Below, in pieces: positions 45,400 through 55,352 of a DNA stretch of 64,000 nt. Every line of letters starts with the position of its first letter. Position 1 is the first letter of the stretch. Source of the DNA: an uncultured Candidatus Poseidoniales archaeon (GTDB lineage Archaea > Thermoplasmatota > Poseidoniia > Poseidoniales > Poseidoniaceae). The notes beneath the pieces were generated by a model, which was given only the letters and a program-made list of their open reading frames with translations, was not told the DNA's origin and searched no databases. The stretch is from positions 11,310-75,309 of the forward strand of contig CAXHEV010000002.1 in assembly GCA_964015875.1 (NCBI GenBank), in the 5' to 3' direction. A program made the position numbers and the translations under genes.

Positions 45400-46817
45400 C
45401 ACACCCTGAATCGCTTTTCAACATCTGAAATCCTGTCTGGACTGCAGAAGATAATCAAACGATCTCCGTCCAATAATGTCTTTTCAGGCGAAGGTCTGAG
45501 TGATTCCCACATTCCAGATGTGTTTCGTCGTTGGATGAAAGCAATTCTCATCCATTCTGGGAAATTTGCTTCAACTATTCTCTTGCCAGAAAATTTAGCT
45601 CTATCGTTTACTTCCATACTGACACCTACAATGTTTGGAATGTTGGTGAGCAGCGCATATGCACCTGCTGTTTTGGTATGAATTTGAGCGAGCATGTTAT
45701 CCACAGCAACTCGCTTTCGATCAACTGCGAAGGTGATTCCCATTCTTTGGGTGACTTTGACTAAGTCAGCATCGTACAAGAGTAAACCTGTCCGCTGAAC
45801 ACCCATGTCGCTTGCCAGTAGTGCTGCTGCAATACTAGCTAAATCATCTTGCAGTGCAGCGATTGCAATGTGGTGGTCAGGTATGCCGATTTCTGTGAGA
45901 ATGTCCCGATCAAGATGATCTCCGTGAATGACCTCAAGGTTTGGATGTGCCCCAGTTGTTGAACCTGACAATTCATTCGCCATTTGCAAATCACGTTCAA
46001 TGACAGTAACTTTTGCACCGGATTCAAGCCAATCATCGGCGATTCTGCGTCCAATTTTGTTTGCTCCAATAACGGCCACTCTAGGATTTACTGGAAAATC
46101 GGTTGCGACATGGCCGAAAATATTGAGGATTCGGTTAAAACTCGTTAGACCGGTCGTTGCAACTGCAATTCGATCGTTAGGAACAAGCATGAAATCTCCG
46201 TCTGGGACAATGCTCTTTTCGCCCTCTCGCTTCAAACCGACAATCAGAGGCATTCCGCCCTCAATTTGGGTTGAAGCTTCCCTGAGGGTACTGAAAACGA
46301 CGCTCTTGGCGTTGCTCGTTACATCCAGTTCGATAATGTAAGCATCATGGCCAAAGGGAATGACCTCTTCAATCGAAGAAGACCTAAGCCCTGAATGAAG
46401 TCTCTGAATCGCCCCCTCGAGCGGATTGACCACATGGTTGACCTTCGCCCATTCCCTAAGGTATCCACTGTTTTGTTCTTCGATGAAATTCATACCACGG
46501 ACCCTGCAAATAGAAAGCAATGGATCAGCGTTCTCCGGAGCCAACTCGAGGAAAGCGTGGTTGGCAAGTGCACATGCGAGGAGATTTCGCTCGTCAGAAT
46601 TTGTTGCTGCGACGAAGACTGAGGAATGCCCTATACCTGCCTCATGCAATTTTTCCCGCTTGGTAAGGTCGCCATGAATGACGAGTACATCCAAATTCTG
46701 TGCATTCTTGACGGCCCTCGAATCCGAATCGACTAGGACAACGTCGATATCTTCAGCACGCAGGGCTTTGGCCAAGTCGGTTCCGACTCTTCCTGCTCCA
46801 CCAATTATTATTCTCAT
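45399..46817 (-). CDS. trkA: TrkA K+ uptake regulatory protein (tandem RCK/NAD-binding domains)
   Basis: MRIIIGGAGRVGTDLAKAL, plus a second Rossmann segment AVIGANKIGRRIADD. ATG at 46817 (track GTG at 46826). Confidence 0.85.
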   Translation of the reverse strand: MRIIIGGAGRVGTDLAKALRAEDIDVVLVDSDSRAVKNAQNLDVLVIHGDLTKREKLHEAGIGHSSVFVAATNSDERNLLACALANHAFLELAPENADPLLSICRVRGMNFIEEQNSGYLREWAKVNHVVNPLEGAIQRLHSGLRSSSIEEVIPFGHDAYIIELDVTSNAKSVVFSTLREASTQIEGGMPLIVGLKREGEKSIVPDGDFMLVPNDRIAVATTGLTSFNRILNIFGHVATDFPVNPRVAVIGANKIGRRIADDWLESGAKVTVIERDLQMANELSGSTTGAHPNLEVIHGDHLDRDILTEIGIPDHHIAIAALQDDLASIAAALLASDMGVQRTGLLLYDADLVKVTQRMGITFAVDRKRVAVDNMLAQIHTKTAGAYALLTNIPNIVGVSMEVNDRAKFSGKRIVEANFPEWMRIAFIQRRNTSGMWESLRPSPEKTLLDGDRLIIFCSPDRISDVEKRFRV

Positions 46818-46822
46818 CAAAA

Positions 46823-48415
46823 TCACCCGAGGTTTTCAGCCACCATTGGCACCTTGAACGTACCACCATTCACATTCACGTCACCAACGGTTGTCCACAG
46901 TGGCGGCGAACGGTCGATGCCTGTCGAATACATACCTGGCCGATAATATGCATTGAGGAGGTCACCGCTTGGATCTGGTTCTTCGATGTATGCGATGTAA
47001 GCTGTGGGTGTGTGAAGAAGCCATTTGTTGTTGACCACATCGACTTGACCCTGAACATAGCATGTTGCAAGTTCAATATCTCGTTCCTCGCAATACTCTT
47101 GGCTGAGGGGGAGCTGAATGTATCCCCAAGCGTGTGCTTCCCAGACCTGATAGTTTCCGTCTGTCAAAGCACCAAAGGCATACCAACCGGGAAGGTTCTT
47201 GACCCGCAACAAGGATAGGAAGGCGTTGGTTTGTTCATCACAATCACCCGTTCCGGCTGCAAGGCATTCCGGACCACTGCGCGCAATAATCGGAGCTTGC
47301 TTGTCATAGGTTGCGTGCTTGTGAAGATAATCGAAAGCTGCCCGTGCGTAGCCATATGCGTTCTCTGTCTCCCCTTCAGGAAGACTTTGGCTGATTTGAT
47401 TTGCTACTTCAATCACTTCTTCGTGTTGGGCATTGATGGCCCAGCCACCAAGCGATCGACTGTCGATGACAGGGCTCATGCCCCGGTCGTACCACTTTGC
47501 GGTTCGAAATTGTTGTGCGTCTCCAAATGCATCACGAAGAGAGACGTCATCAAAGGTCCCGCTGGTGTCCATACTGATGCCGTTATCAATCCCATTGATT
47601 CGTGAATCCACACGTCCAGAATCCCACCACGAGTAGGCAGTACTTGTGAGTGTGATTGTGAACATAAACGACGATGTTTGACCTGGATCCAGATTCAACT
47701 TCACCTTAACACACGATGCAACACCGCAGAAGTCATTCCCCTCGCCGCTACCCGGCCACCATAATTCATGACCGTTATTTGTGGTGATTTTATCCTCGAC
47801 CGAGCGCGTTGGTAATCCATTCAATGGAATGTTAAACACCTCATTCGTGTCGATTGTCATGGTGAGTGCCGTGATTTTTTGAACGCTCTGTGTTGGCATA
47901 GCAAGCGAATCATCAGTATATTCAAAATGGGTGTTTGACCCATTCAGTGATCTCACATCAGGTGGAATGACTATATTTTCCATAAGATACCCCTCACCAC
48001 CATTATTGACGACTTCAATAGTTTTCGCGACTGAATAGGTTGTTTCGATTGGGTAGAGGTGGAACGGGGCTGCCTGTAAGAGAACAGATTCCTTGACCGC
48101 AGCAAATTGCGCTATTGATGCTTCTTGAACAGTCGGAGATGTGAACACGAAAGCAATGAAAATCACCATGACAATCATTCGTGATTTGTTTCGTGTTCGT
48201 TTCATGATGTTTTTCGATCGCCCTGAATGGGTTTGTATGACCCCGGGTGCAGTAGGCCTGCTCGTCATTTTGTAGGTCGTTTCTTTAGAGCCGCTGTTAA
48301 ATTGCTGTTCCAAGGCAAATTCCTTGGAGTCAAGATTTGCCAACACGCGACCGCATGAATAGCAAATTGTGTCGCCCGGTAAGGTGACACTTCGGCAATA
48401 AGGGCAGGAACCCAT
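46823..48415 (-). CDS. Transglutaminase-like cysteine-protease-fold membrane protein with an N-terminal cytoplasmic zinc ribbon
   Basis: CPYC...CYSCG at residues 4-22. TM helix MIVMVIFIAFVFT. Extracellular TG-like core GTGDCDEQTNAFLSLLRVKNLPGWYAFG (Cys) ... EAHAWGYIQL (His). ATG at 48415. Confidence 0.7.
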   Translation of the reverse strand: MGSCPYCRSVTLPGDTICYSCGRVLANLDSKEFALEQQFNSGSKETTYKMTSRPTAPGVIQTHSGRSKNIMKRTRNKSRMIVMVIFIAFVFTSPTVQEASIAQFAAVKESVLLQAAPFHLYPIETTYSVAKTIEVVNNGGEGYLMENIVIPPDVRSLNGSNTHFEYTDDSLAMPTQSVQKITALTMTIDTNEVFNIPLNGLPTRSVEDKITTNNGHELWWPGSGEGNDFCGVASCVKVKLNLDPGQTSSFMFTITLTSTAYSWWDSGRVDSRINGIDNGISMDTSGTFDDVSLRDAFGDAQQFRTAKWYDRGMSPVIDSRSLGGWAINAQHEEVIEVANQISQSLPEGETENAYGYARAAFDYLHKHATYDKQAPIIARSGPECLAAGTGDCDEQTNAFLSLLRVKNLPGWYAFGALTDGNYQVWEAHAWGYIQLPLSQEYCEERDIELATCYVQGQVDVVNNKWLLHTPTAYIAYIEEPDPSGDLLNAYYRPGMYSTGIDRSPPLWTTVGDVNVNGGTFKVPMVAENLG

Positions 48416-48540
48416 GAGTGTAAGGCTGAGCGGGCGTTGTATAACCGTTGTGTGCGGAAGGCCCCAATAATGCTTAATTCTTAAGAACCTAGATTTACGA
48501 CTTATCTAGCATTTAGCATCCTTAGTGAATATTTACTTAC

Positions 48541-49308
48541 TCAATTACTAATTTTCTTGGCTTCCATTTCCGATGCAAGTTTCTCGCGAACTTGTCGTGC
48601 CCACATTTTACGAAGACGTTTTTTGCCTTCGCTAGGGATTGAATCCCAAATCCATTCATCGGCTTTCCTGTTCACTAGCAATGCAAAAGGAATGATGAAC
48701 ACCCAGGCAAGTGGATCCACTACGGCATAGGCGAACATCACAAGGTATGCACATCGCCAAAAGGTCGAACGTAGAACAGCGCCCCACCGTCTTCCTTCAA
48801 GCATGAGTTGTCCGTGAAAACAGCAAATCAAAGCCTCAGTTCGTGGTGCGAAGAGGCCAAACCCAACTACGGTAGCCCATAGCGTCGGGCTGAGAAGAGA
48901 TGATTGAATCTCGTACACCCTGTACAAATGAACCATGCCGACCATCGCTCCAATAGCTAAACCCAATGCCCAACCACTTGTTGGTTGTGAGGAACCGGAC
49001 CGGACTCGTTCCCGCCTTAGCAGCAAATGTGCTCCCACGGATGCCATCAGGCACAAGATGAGTAAATTTATCGGATTCACAACAGCGTTTGCATTGTCTG
49101 CAACGAATTCAAGATACGGTAAGAGTATGAAATTATGGGACAGTGAGGCGTATATCCCACCGAGAAGGATGCCCCAAAATACATTGCTCCAAGCGGTTGG
49201 TAGATCATAAAATCCAGAGTACTTTGTCATGACACCTCGCCATCCGAGGGTCATGCCTATCAGCGATGTTATCGCTGCGGCCTGAAACAGAAAGAAGGTC
49301 GAGGCCAT
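48541..49308 (-). CDS. Hypothetical polytopic membrane protein
   Basis: ATG at 49308. About six hydrophobic helices. No motif recognised. Confidence 0.4.
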   Translation of the reverse strand: MASTFFLFQAAAITSLIGMTLGWRGVMTKYSGFYDLPTAWSNVFWGILLGGIYASLSHNFILLPYLEFVADNANAVVNPINLLILCLMASVGAHLLLRRERVRSGSSQPTSGWALGLAIGAMVGMVHLYRVYEIQSSLLSPTLWATVVGFGLFAPRTEALICCFHGQLMLEGRRWGAVLRSTFWRCAYLVMFAYAVVDPLAWVFIIPFALLVNRKADEWIWDSIPSEGKKRLRKMWARQVREKLASEMEAKKISN

Positions 49309-49397
49309 GTCCCTCCCTGACCACCGCCCTTCATCAAAGCGTTGCCTTAATCTGAGAATGGCGTTGGATTCAAAGACCTCGATGGGTAGCCCACCTC

Positions 49398-50657
49398 ATG
49401 GCTCGACTGCTTTTGTTCGGTGGCAAAGGAGGCGTTGGCAAAACAACAACCTCTGCTGCAACCGCTGTATGGTTGGCCGATGCAGGTCTTCGTGTGCTCC
49501 TTGTATCCAGCGATCCAGCGCATTCGACCTCTGATTCTCTCGATGTTAAATTGGATTCAAAACCAACTCCAGTGGAGGGTGTACCGGGACTTTTCGGTTT
49601 GGAAATGGATCCCGAATCCAAAATTTCCTCTGCCTTACCAAAGTTGGGTGAAATGATGAACAACATGAATGGGAGTGGCGGCCTTGGTGGCTTGGGTGGA
49701 TTGAGCATGATGCTTGAGCCTAATGCTAAGGAAGAAATGGATTCAATGCGAGATGAGGTCAAAGCATCAGATATGGTCATTCCAGGTCTTGATGAAGCTC
49801 TTGCCTTTGATGAATTGCTCCGGCATGTCGAAGACCCAACATGGGATGTTATCGTCTTTGACACCGCCCCTACCGGCCACACCCTCAGGTTTCTTTCACT
49901 TCCAGAACTCATCGAGTCATGGTCTGACAAAATCATTCGCATGATGCGGGTATCAGGAGGCTTACGCTCTATGTTGTTTGGGCGGAAAGAAAGTGATGCA
50001 ATGAAAGAAGAAATCGAACGCTTTCGACGTCGCGTTCTCCATGTCCGCCGAGTGCTGTCGAACGAATCCATCACATCGTTTACATTGGTCACAATTCCAG
50101 AACGAATGGGAATCAATGAAACATTGCGAGCCCACACATCACTTACTGAGTATAAATTACCTGTTCCAAATTGTCTTGTCAACAGATTGACGCCTGAATT
50201 TGATCACCCGTTCCTTGCTCACAGGCGCGCAGCAGAATTGGAGCGTGTTGAGGAATTGAGAACTAAGATGCCAGATGTCAACATTGCAACAATGGAACTT
50301 CTTGATGACGAAGTGGTAGGAATTGAAGCACTTCGAGAGGTTGGAGTCCGACTTTATGGGGAGGTCAAACCACATCCGAGTGATCTTGGTCCACACGGCA
50401 TTGGGACATCGCTTCAACATTCTATACATCGGGGTATGACGAGGAATATTGATGGTGATACCGAACGAATTTCTCTTCACTATCCCGGAATTGCTCGTGA
50501 GGAACTCTCACTTCGAAGTGAGGATGGCATTCTCTATGTTGGATTAAACGGTCGAGAGCGTGAAGTTGTCACTTCGGTACCAACAAAAGCGAGCAAGGTC
50601 ACTGCAAAACTCGAGGGTGATGTTTTGCATCTTGATGTTCCACTTGACCAGGATTGA
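49398..50657 (+). CDS. ArsA/Get3-family ATPase with a C-terminal HSP20-like (ArsA_HSP20) domain
   Basis: P-loop GGKGGVGKTT, the DPAHS switch, and the DTAPTGHTLR signature. A Gly-rich linker GSGGLGGLGGL follows. The C-terminal ISLHYPGIAREELSLRSEDGILYVGLNGREREV...LEGDVLHLDVP is a beta-sandwich like alpha-crystallin. Confidence 0.85.
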   Translation: MARLLLFGGKGGVGKTTTSAATAVWLADAGLRVLLVSSDPAHSTSDSLDVKLDSKPTPVEGVPGLFGLEMDPESKISSALPKLGEMMNNMNGSGGLGGLGGLSMMLEPNAKEEMDSMRDEVKASDMVIPGLDEALAFDELLRHVEDPTWDVIVFDTAPTGHTLRFLSLPELIESWSDKIIRMMRVSGGLRSMLFGRKESDAMKEEIERFRRRVLHVRRVLSNESITSFTLVTIPERMGINETLRAHTSLTEYKLPVPNCLVNRLTPEFDHPFLAHRRAAELERVEELRTKMPDVNIATMELLDDEVVGIEALREVGVRLYGEVKPHPSDLGPHGIGTSLQHSIHRGMTRNIDGDTERISLHYPGIAREELSLRSEDGILYVGLNGREREVVTSVPTKASKVTAKLEGDVLHLDVPLDQD

Positions 50658-50708
50658 TGCAATACATCTCATGGGTGGGTTGAAATGGAGAAGCGGATTC
50701 GCTGAGCC

Positions 50709-52079
50709 ATGGCACTCGAAGGCCTTTCTAGGGGTATTTTCCGCTCCATAGGTTTGCTCAAGAGCAAGCGAAAGTTGGATGATGAAGAACTTCGAGAGAT
50801 GACTCGTAGCCTTCGTCGTGCCCTTCAGGAAGCGGATTTCAACGTCCGTCAAACCAAAGAAATCGTTGAACGTATGGAATCAAGGTTGCGCGAAGAGCAG
50901 CCCAGACCGGGGATTACGCTCCAAACCCATGCCATGAATATTCTCTACACTGAGTTGGTCAGGCTTCTGGGTCCAGCTCATCAATTCCAGCCTCACGGCG
51001 CTACGCTATTGCTTGTGGGGTTGTACGGACAAGGTAAGACCACAACCACTGCAAAATTGGCAGAATGGTACCGTCGCAAGCATGGCCTACGCGTCGCAGT
51101 GATCGAGGCTGACGTCCATCGTCCTGGCGCCTTTGCCCAACTCTCGCAATTGCTTGAAGACTCTTCAGTTCAGGTGTATGGTGAACCAGATACAAAGGAT
51201 GCGCCAACCATCGTTCGTAATGGCCTGAAAGCATGTGCAGCAGCAGATCTTGTCATTGTCGACACAGCAGGTCGTCATCAATTAGACCAAGAGCTCGTCG
51301 ATGAATTGGAACAAATTTCTGGATTAACTCGTGCCAATGAGCGATGGCTTGTCATCGATGCACAAGTCGGTCAAGCAGCAGGACCTGTAGCAGCCTCGTT
51401 CCATACGCTCGCAGGCGTGACAGGGATTGTCATTACCAAACTCGACGGTACCGCCCGTGGTGGCGGAGCACTGTCTGCTGTTGCCGCAACTGGTGCCCCC
51501 ATTGTTCACATAGGTGTAGGAGAGAATATTGGAGATTTGGAGAAGTTCGAATCCGACCGATTCATTTCTCGCTTGCTTGGAATGGGTGATATTCAGGGCC
51601 TGATCGACTTGGCACCTGAAGACATGGATGAAGAAGAGGCCATGCGACTCACGCAACGTTTGATGAGTGGTCGTTTCACACTCAATGACATGTACAAGCA
51701 AATGGAAATGATGTCAAAAGTTGGAACAATTGACAAACTTATGTCGTTTTTACCGGGTAATATGCTTGGTGGCATGGGCGCTATGTCGAAGGGGCAAAAA
51801 GAAGCCATGCAGGGCAATCTTGATCGCTATCGTACCATCATGGACAGCATGACTGCATGGGAGAAAAACGAACCAGCTAAAATCAAAGCCGATCGCATCC
51901 GTCGTGTCGCACGTGGTGCAGGTGTTCGCGAAAAAGACGTTCGCGAACTTATCGCACAGTGGAACCGTTCACGCAAGATGATGAAGGGCATGGGTGGCAA
52001 TCGCAAACTCAACAAACAAATGCGGAAGATGATGAAGGATGGAGATATGGATATGGATCCTTCCTCTTTCGGCATGTGA
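50709..52079 (+). CDS. srp54: Signal recognition particle protein SRP54
   Basis: N domain, then G domain LLLVGLYGQGKTTTTAKLA...DTAGRH...KLDGTARGG, then the Met-rich M domain (MMKGMGGNRKLNKQMRKMMKDGDMDMD). Confidence 0.9.
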   Translation: MALEGLSRGIFRSIGLLKSKRKLDDEELREMTRSLRRALQEADFNVRQTKEIVERMESRLREEQPRPGITLQTHAMNILYTELVRLLGPAHQFQPHGATLLLVGLYGQGKTTTTAKLAEWYRRKHGLRVAVIEADVHRPGAFAQLSQLLEDSSVQVYGEPDTKDAPTIVRNGLKACAAADLVIVDTAGRHQLDQELVDELEQISGLTRANERWLVIDAQVGQAAGPVAASFHTLAGVTGIVITKLDGTARGGGALSAVAATGAPIVHIGVGENIGDLEKFESDRFISRLLGMGDIQGLIDLAPEDMDEEEAMRLTQRLMSGRFTLNDMYKQMEMMSKVGTIDKLMSFLPGNMLGGMGAMSKGQKEAMQGNLDRYRTIMDSMTAWEKNEPAKIKADRIRRVARGAGVREKDVRELIAQWNRSRKMMKGMGGNRKLNKQMRKMMKDGDMDMDPSSFGM

Positions 52080-52102
52080 TTGGCTTCTATACAAGCTTCA
52101 AT

Positions 52103-52120
52103 GGAGAGGTTTTTTTCAAA
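52103..52120 (+). terminator. Oligo-T tract (T7), possibly the archaeal terminator of the arsA-srp54 unit
   Basis: GGAGAGGTTTTTTTCAAATCTCTG lies about 30 nt after the SRP54 stop, in the 56-bp convergent gap with ProRS. Confidence 0.3.
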
Positions 52121-52135
52121 TCTCTGAGTTCAACT

Positions 52136-53665
52136 TCAGTAGGTCTTCGCCAAGAGAACTCGACGTATGGTTGGAGTTCCACTCATGTGGCACGGACGAG
52201 CCTCGTCGTAATCGTCTGTTGAATCACCAAGGAAAGCAAATCCAGTCAATCGTTCGATGGCTTCAGCATGTGCATCAGTTCCATCGAAAGGTAATTCGTA
52301 GATGTGGCCATCCTTGACTTCACCTTCGAGAACATAGGTATCATCTACGAGGTTAATCGGTGGCAGAGGTTGAATGACATCAGACATGTGAGCTTGTGAT
52401 CGCTTCCGCAGTTCATCAGAAATCTCATCTAACACATGAAGGCAAGCCTCGGCAATATTGTCCATTGGAAGCGGTTCCTTTCCACCTGTTCGGCGGGCTG
52501 CAAAAGCCGTACCTTGAGCAATGTCTCTAGGACCAATATCCAGACGCAATGGGACACCTTTGATTTCCCAATCATAGTATTTCTGTCCAGAACGAATATC
52601 ACGTGCATCGACCTTGACTCGCAGTCCGTGCTTGCGTAATGTTTTGGCAACGTCTTCAGCAACTGCGACCGTATCGACATCAGAATTTTTCTTGATCATC
52701 GGGCATATGACAATCTGGTAAGGTGCAACGGCTGGCGGCATGATGAGGCCATTTTCATCTCCATGCATTCCGACAACTGCACCTAAAAGGCGCTCGGACA
52801 TTCCGTAGGTTGTTTGATGGCAGTGTTGTTGCTCCGCTTCGAGGTTCTCATAAGTGATATCGAAAGCCTTGGCCCACTGGTCTCGGTAGTGGTGGCATGA
52901 TGCTACTTGTAGGGTTCGACCATTCGGCATTACAGCATCGATTCCAATGGTGTACCACGCTCCGGGGAAGGTGTCCCATAGTGGGCGTTTAGCTTTGATA
53001 ACAGGCAAGCATAGATCTTGCATGAGGTTGTCAACAATTTGCAAATCCTGTTCGATTTGACGAGTAGCGTCTTCTTCATCTGCGTGTGCCGTATGTGCTT
53101 CAAAGAAATGAATTTCCCGTACACGGATGAATGAGCGGGTTTGTTTTGTTTCATAGCGGAACGTATTGACCATTTGATAGACCTTCAATGGTAGGTCTTT
53201 GTGGGAACGAATCCATAGTGGGAACATCGTGTACATTGCTGTCTCGGACGTTGGTCGCAAAAACATGGGGATGTCGAGTTCATTCTCACCAGCATGCTTG
53301 ACCCAATAGACCTCTTTCTTGAAGCCACCTTCTTCGTCTTCATCGCGCAAATCATCAGGGTCTACCCCCTCTTCTCTGGCTCGCTTGAGCCGTGCTACCA
53401 ATGCATTTTCGCGCTCCAAGAGATGCTCAGGAATCAAAAGTGGAAAATTAACTTCTTCATGGTCGGTTCGTTCCATTTCATTGTGCGTGAGCGCATCAAT
53501 GAGTTTCATTGTCTTCCATCCGTATGGACGCCAAACATCCATGCCCTTGATTGGATATCGTTTGTCGACAAGTTCAGCGGCCTCGACAATGAATGGATAC
53601 CATTCGTTGAAGTTCTCTTCTTTCGAAGGAATACCGCGCTTGGCCTTGCCGGGTCCTTGGCTCAT
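52136..53665 (-). CDS. proS: Prolyl-tRNA synthetase (archaeal-type class II)
   Basis: FNEWYPFIVEAAELVD...LRPTSETAMYTMF...YQMVNTFRYE, with a C-terminal zinc-binding-domain-like end. ATG at 53665 (MSQGPG...). Confidence 0.9.
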   Translation of the reverse strand: MSQGPGKAKRGIPSKEENFNEWYPFIVEAAELVDKRYPIKGMDVWRPYGWKTMKLIDALTHNEMERTDHEEVNFPLLIPEHLLERENALVARLKRAREEGVDPDDLRDEDEEGGFKKEVYWVKHAGENELDIPMFLRPTSETAMYTMFPLWIRSHKDLPLKVYQMVNTFRYETKQTRSFIRVREIHFFEAHTAHADEEDATRQIEQDLQIVDNLMQDLCLPVIKAKRPLWDTFPGAWYTIGIDAVMPNGRTLQVASCHHYRDQWAKAFDITYENLEAEQQHCHQTTYGMSERLLGAVVGMHGDENGLIMPPAVAPYQIVICPMIKKNSDVDTVAVAEDVAKTLRKHGLRVKVDARDIRSGQKYYDWEIKGVPLRLDIGPRDIAQGTAFAARRTGGKEPLPMDNIAEACLHVLDEISDELRKRSQAHMSDVIQPLPPINLVDDTYVLEGEVKDGHIYELPFDGTDAHAEAIERLTGFAFLGDSTDDYDEARPCHMSGTPTIRRVLLAKTY

Positions 53666-53691
53666 GGATGCTATCCGCCGCCACCTGCTCA

Positions 53692-53967
53692 TCAAGATGA
53701 CGCATCATTCACTGCAGGAACCTGCACTTGATTCACTTTGACAAAAGCCACCAAAGCAGCACCACACCACACGGCCTCAAGGATTAGAAATGCCCACTCA
53801 TCAATCAAATAAGCACGGATTCCTAACAAACCGGAACCAACAGCCATGAGCAACAAATAGGTCGTTTGCTTGCTGTGGAGGACATTGCGTGTTTCCAAAA
53901 CAAAAGCAAGTAAAATCAAAATCATCCCCAGATAGGAGAGAAAAAGGGAGGCAGCATCCACATCCAT
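53692..53967 (-). CDS. Small membrane protein (three TM helices, hypothetical)
   Basis: 91 aa. ATG at 53967. Hydrophobic throughout. Confidence 0.35.
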   Translation of the reverse strand: MDVDAASLFLSYLGMILILLAFVLETRNVLHSKQTTYLLLMAVGSGLLGIRAYLIDEWAFLILEAVWCGAALVAFVKVNQVQVPAVNDASS

Positions 53968-53971
53968 GTGA

Positions 53972-54559
53972 TCACGAACGTCGCCAGGCGATGATCATTG
54001 CGGCAAGGAGGGCGACAATGGCAACGATATCAGGAATGCCAAATGGTCCATCCGGGTATGGAAGAGACCAACCCATACCGGTGCCGAGTTCGTGGAGACT
54101 TGCAAGATTCATTTTTGTGTAGCCATCAGAAGGGCACAGATCGCTTTCTAAGCACCCACTACCAAACACCGAGTGGAGCAAACCAAACAGATTTGCGACA
54201 ACCAAAATCAAGAGGGTACCCAGAGCGAAAAATGGCATCTTCGATCCGTTAGCGGTAGCCGGGAGAGGTGCAATTGGCGGCAAATCGCCACCGAGTGTTG
54301 GCAATTCTGCAGGCGAGGCAGGTGCAATGTCACCAATGACTTCAATCAGCATGTCAGTCGGTGGAGCAACTTCGGTGACACCTGCATCCGACAGGGATGG
54401 AGCATCGACCATGTCTCGAGCTTTTTTGGGGCGAGCCGGAGTAATCTTGATTCCGTATAATCGGTCAGCAAGTGATACCAATGCGGGGTCATCAGCAATA
54501 TCTTCAGGGGACAAATCACCATCCAACAATTGTTGTAACTTATCACGAGATGAGTTCAT
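53972..54559 (-). CDS. Hypothetical membrane protein with a Pro-rich extracytoplasmic stretch
   Basis: ATG at 54559 (track TTG at 54580). Two TM helices (FFALGTLLILVVANLFGLL, IVAIVALLAAMIIAW). Confidence 0.4.
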   Translation of the reverse strand: MNSSRDKLQQLLDGDLSPEDIADDPALVSLADRLYGIKITPARPKKARDMVDAPSLSDAGVTEVAPPTDMLIEVIGDIAPASPAELPTLGGDLPPIAPLPATANGSKMPFFALGTLLILVVANLFGLLHSVFGSGCLESDLCPSDGYTKMNLASLHELGTGMGWSLPYPDGPFGIPDIVAIVALLAAMIIAWRRS

Positions 54560-54633
54560 TCGATACCCCCTGCGTACCAAGCGTAGAGGACTTCATTGAA
54601 GAATCCTCCTTCTCAAGGAAATTATGTCAATCC

Positions 54634-55296
54634 TCAAGCATGACCGGCCTTTTCGACTTCAGCCCAGTCCTTCATGAAGCCTGCAAGTCCTTTGTCTGTG
54701 AGTGGATGGGTCATTAATTGCCTGAATGTTTTGGCAGGCATTGTTGCCGTGTGTGCACCCAGTTGAATACACTGTAGGACATGTGTTGGATGGCGAATTG
54801 ATGCAGCAAGTACTTTTGTCGTGATCGATGGGTAATTGTTCCAGGTTTCCATGATTTCTGCAATCAAGTTCATTCCATCGTGCCCAGTGTCATCGATTCG
54901 TCCAATAAATGGCGAAACGTAGGTGGCACCTGCTTTGGCTGCCATCAGGGCTTGTGAAGCGGAGAAAATCAATGTCACATTGGTCTTAATTCCTTCTTCG
55001 GTTAGTATTTTTGTCGCAGCTAAGCCTTCGGGAGTGCATGGGATTTTGATGATGACATTTTCTGGAAGTTCTTGCTTGAGGGCTCGACCCTGTGCGACCA
55101 TTCCCTCTGTATCCATTGCAGTGACTTCAGCAGAAATAGGTCCGGAACAAATCGATGCAATTTCTGCTACCACCTGTTTGAAATCACGTCCACTTTTCTT
55201 AATCAATGAAGGATTTGTCGTCACGCCATCAAGGATGCCCCAAGCAGCAATTTCTCTAATTTCGTCTACATCAGCGGTATCTAGGAAGAACTCCAT
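54634..55296 (-). CDS. tal: Transaldolase / fructose-6-phosphate aldolase (short TalC/FSA type)
   Basis: [32 protein letters not shown] ... the Schiff-base Lys is in the IIKIP context ... [10 protein letters not shown]. Length 220 aa. Confidence 0.85.
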   Translation of the reverse strand: MEFFLDTADVDEIREIAAWGILDGVTTNPSLIKKSGRDFKQVVAEIASICSGPISAEVTAMDTEGMVAQGRALKQELPENVIIKIPCTPEGLAATKILTEEGIKTNVTLIFSASQALMAAKAGATYVSPFIGRIDDTGHDGMNLIAEIMETWNNYPSITTKVLAASIRHPTHVLQCIQLGAHTATMPAKTFRQLMTHPLTDKGLAGFMKDWAEVEKAGHA

Positions 55297-55352
55297 GATT
55301 GCCTACTCGCCGATGCGCTCCTTCAACTATCCGCTTGTCATGGATCGAGGAT

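Noticed and set aside
49650-49720. GGLGGLGGL-encoding nucleotide repeat inside arsA
   Set aside because: It is in-frame coding low complexity (a Gly-rich linker between the ATPase lobes), not a mobile or regulatory DNA repeat.
49370-50182. 270-aa minus-strand ORF opposite ArsA, 198-aa ORF opposite RfcL (42611..43207), 223-aa ORF opposite UbiD (15309..15980) and similar
   Set aside because: All are antisense to genes with strong motif support and have Ser/Arg/Pro-rich compositions. All are rejected as spurious.
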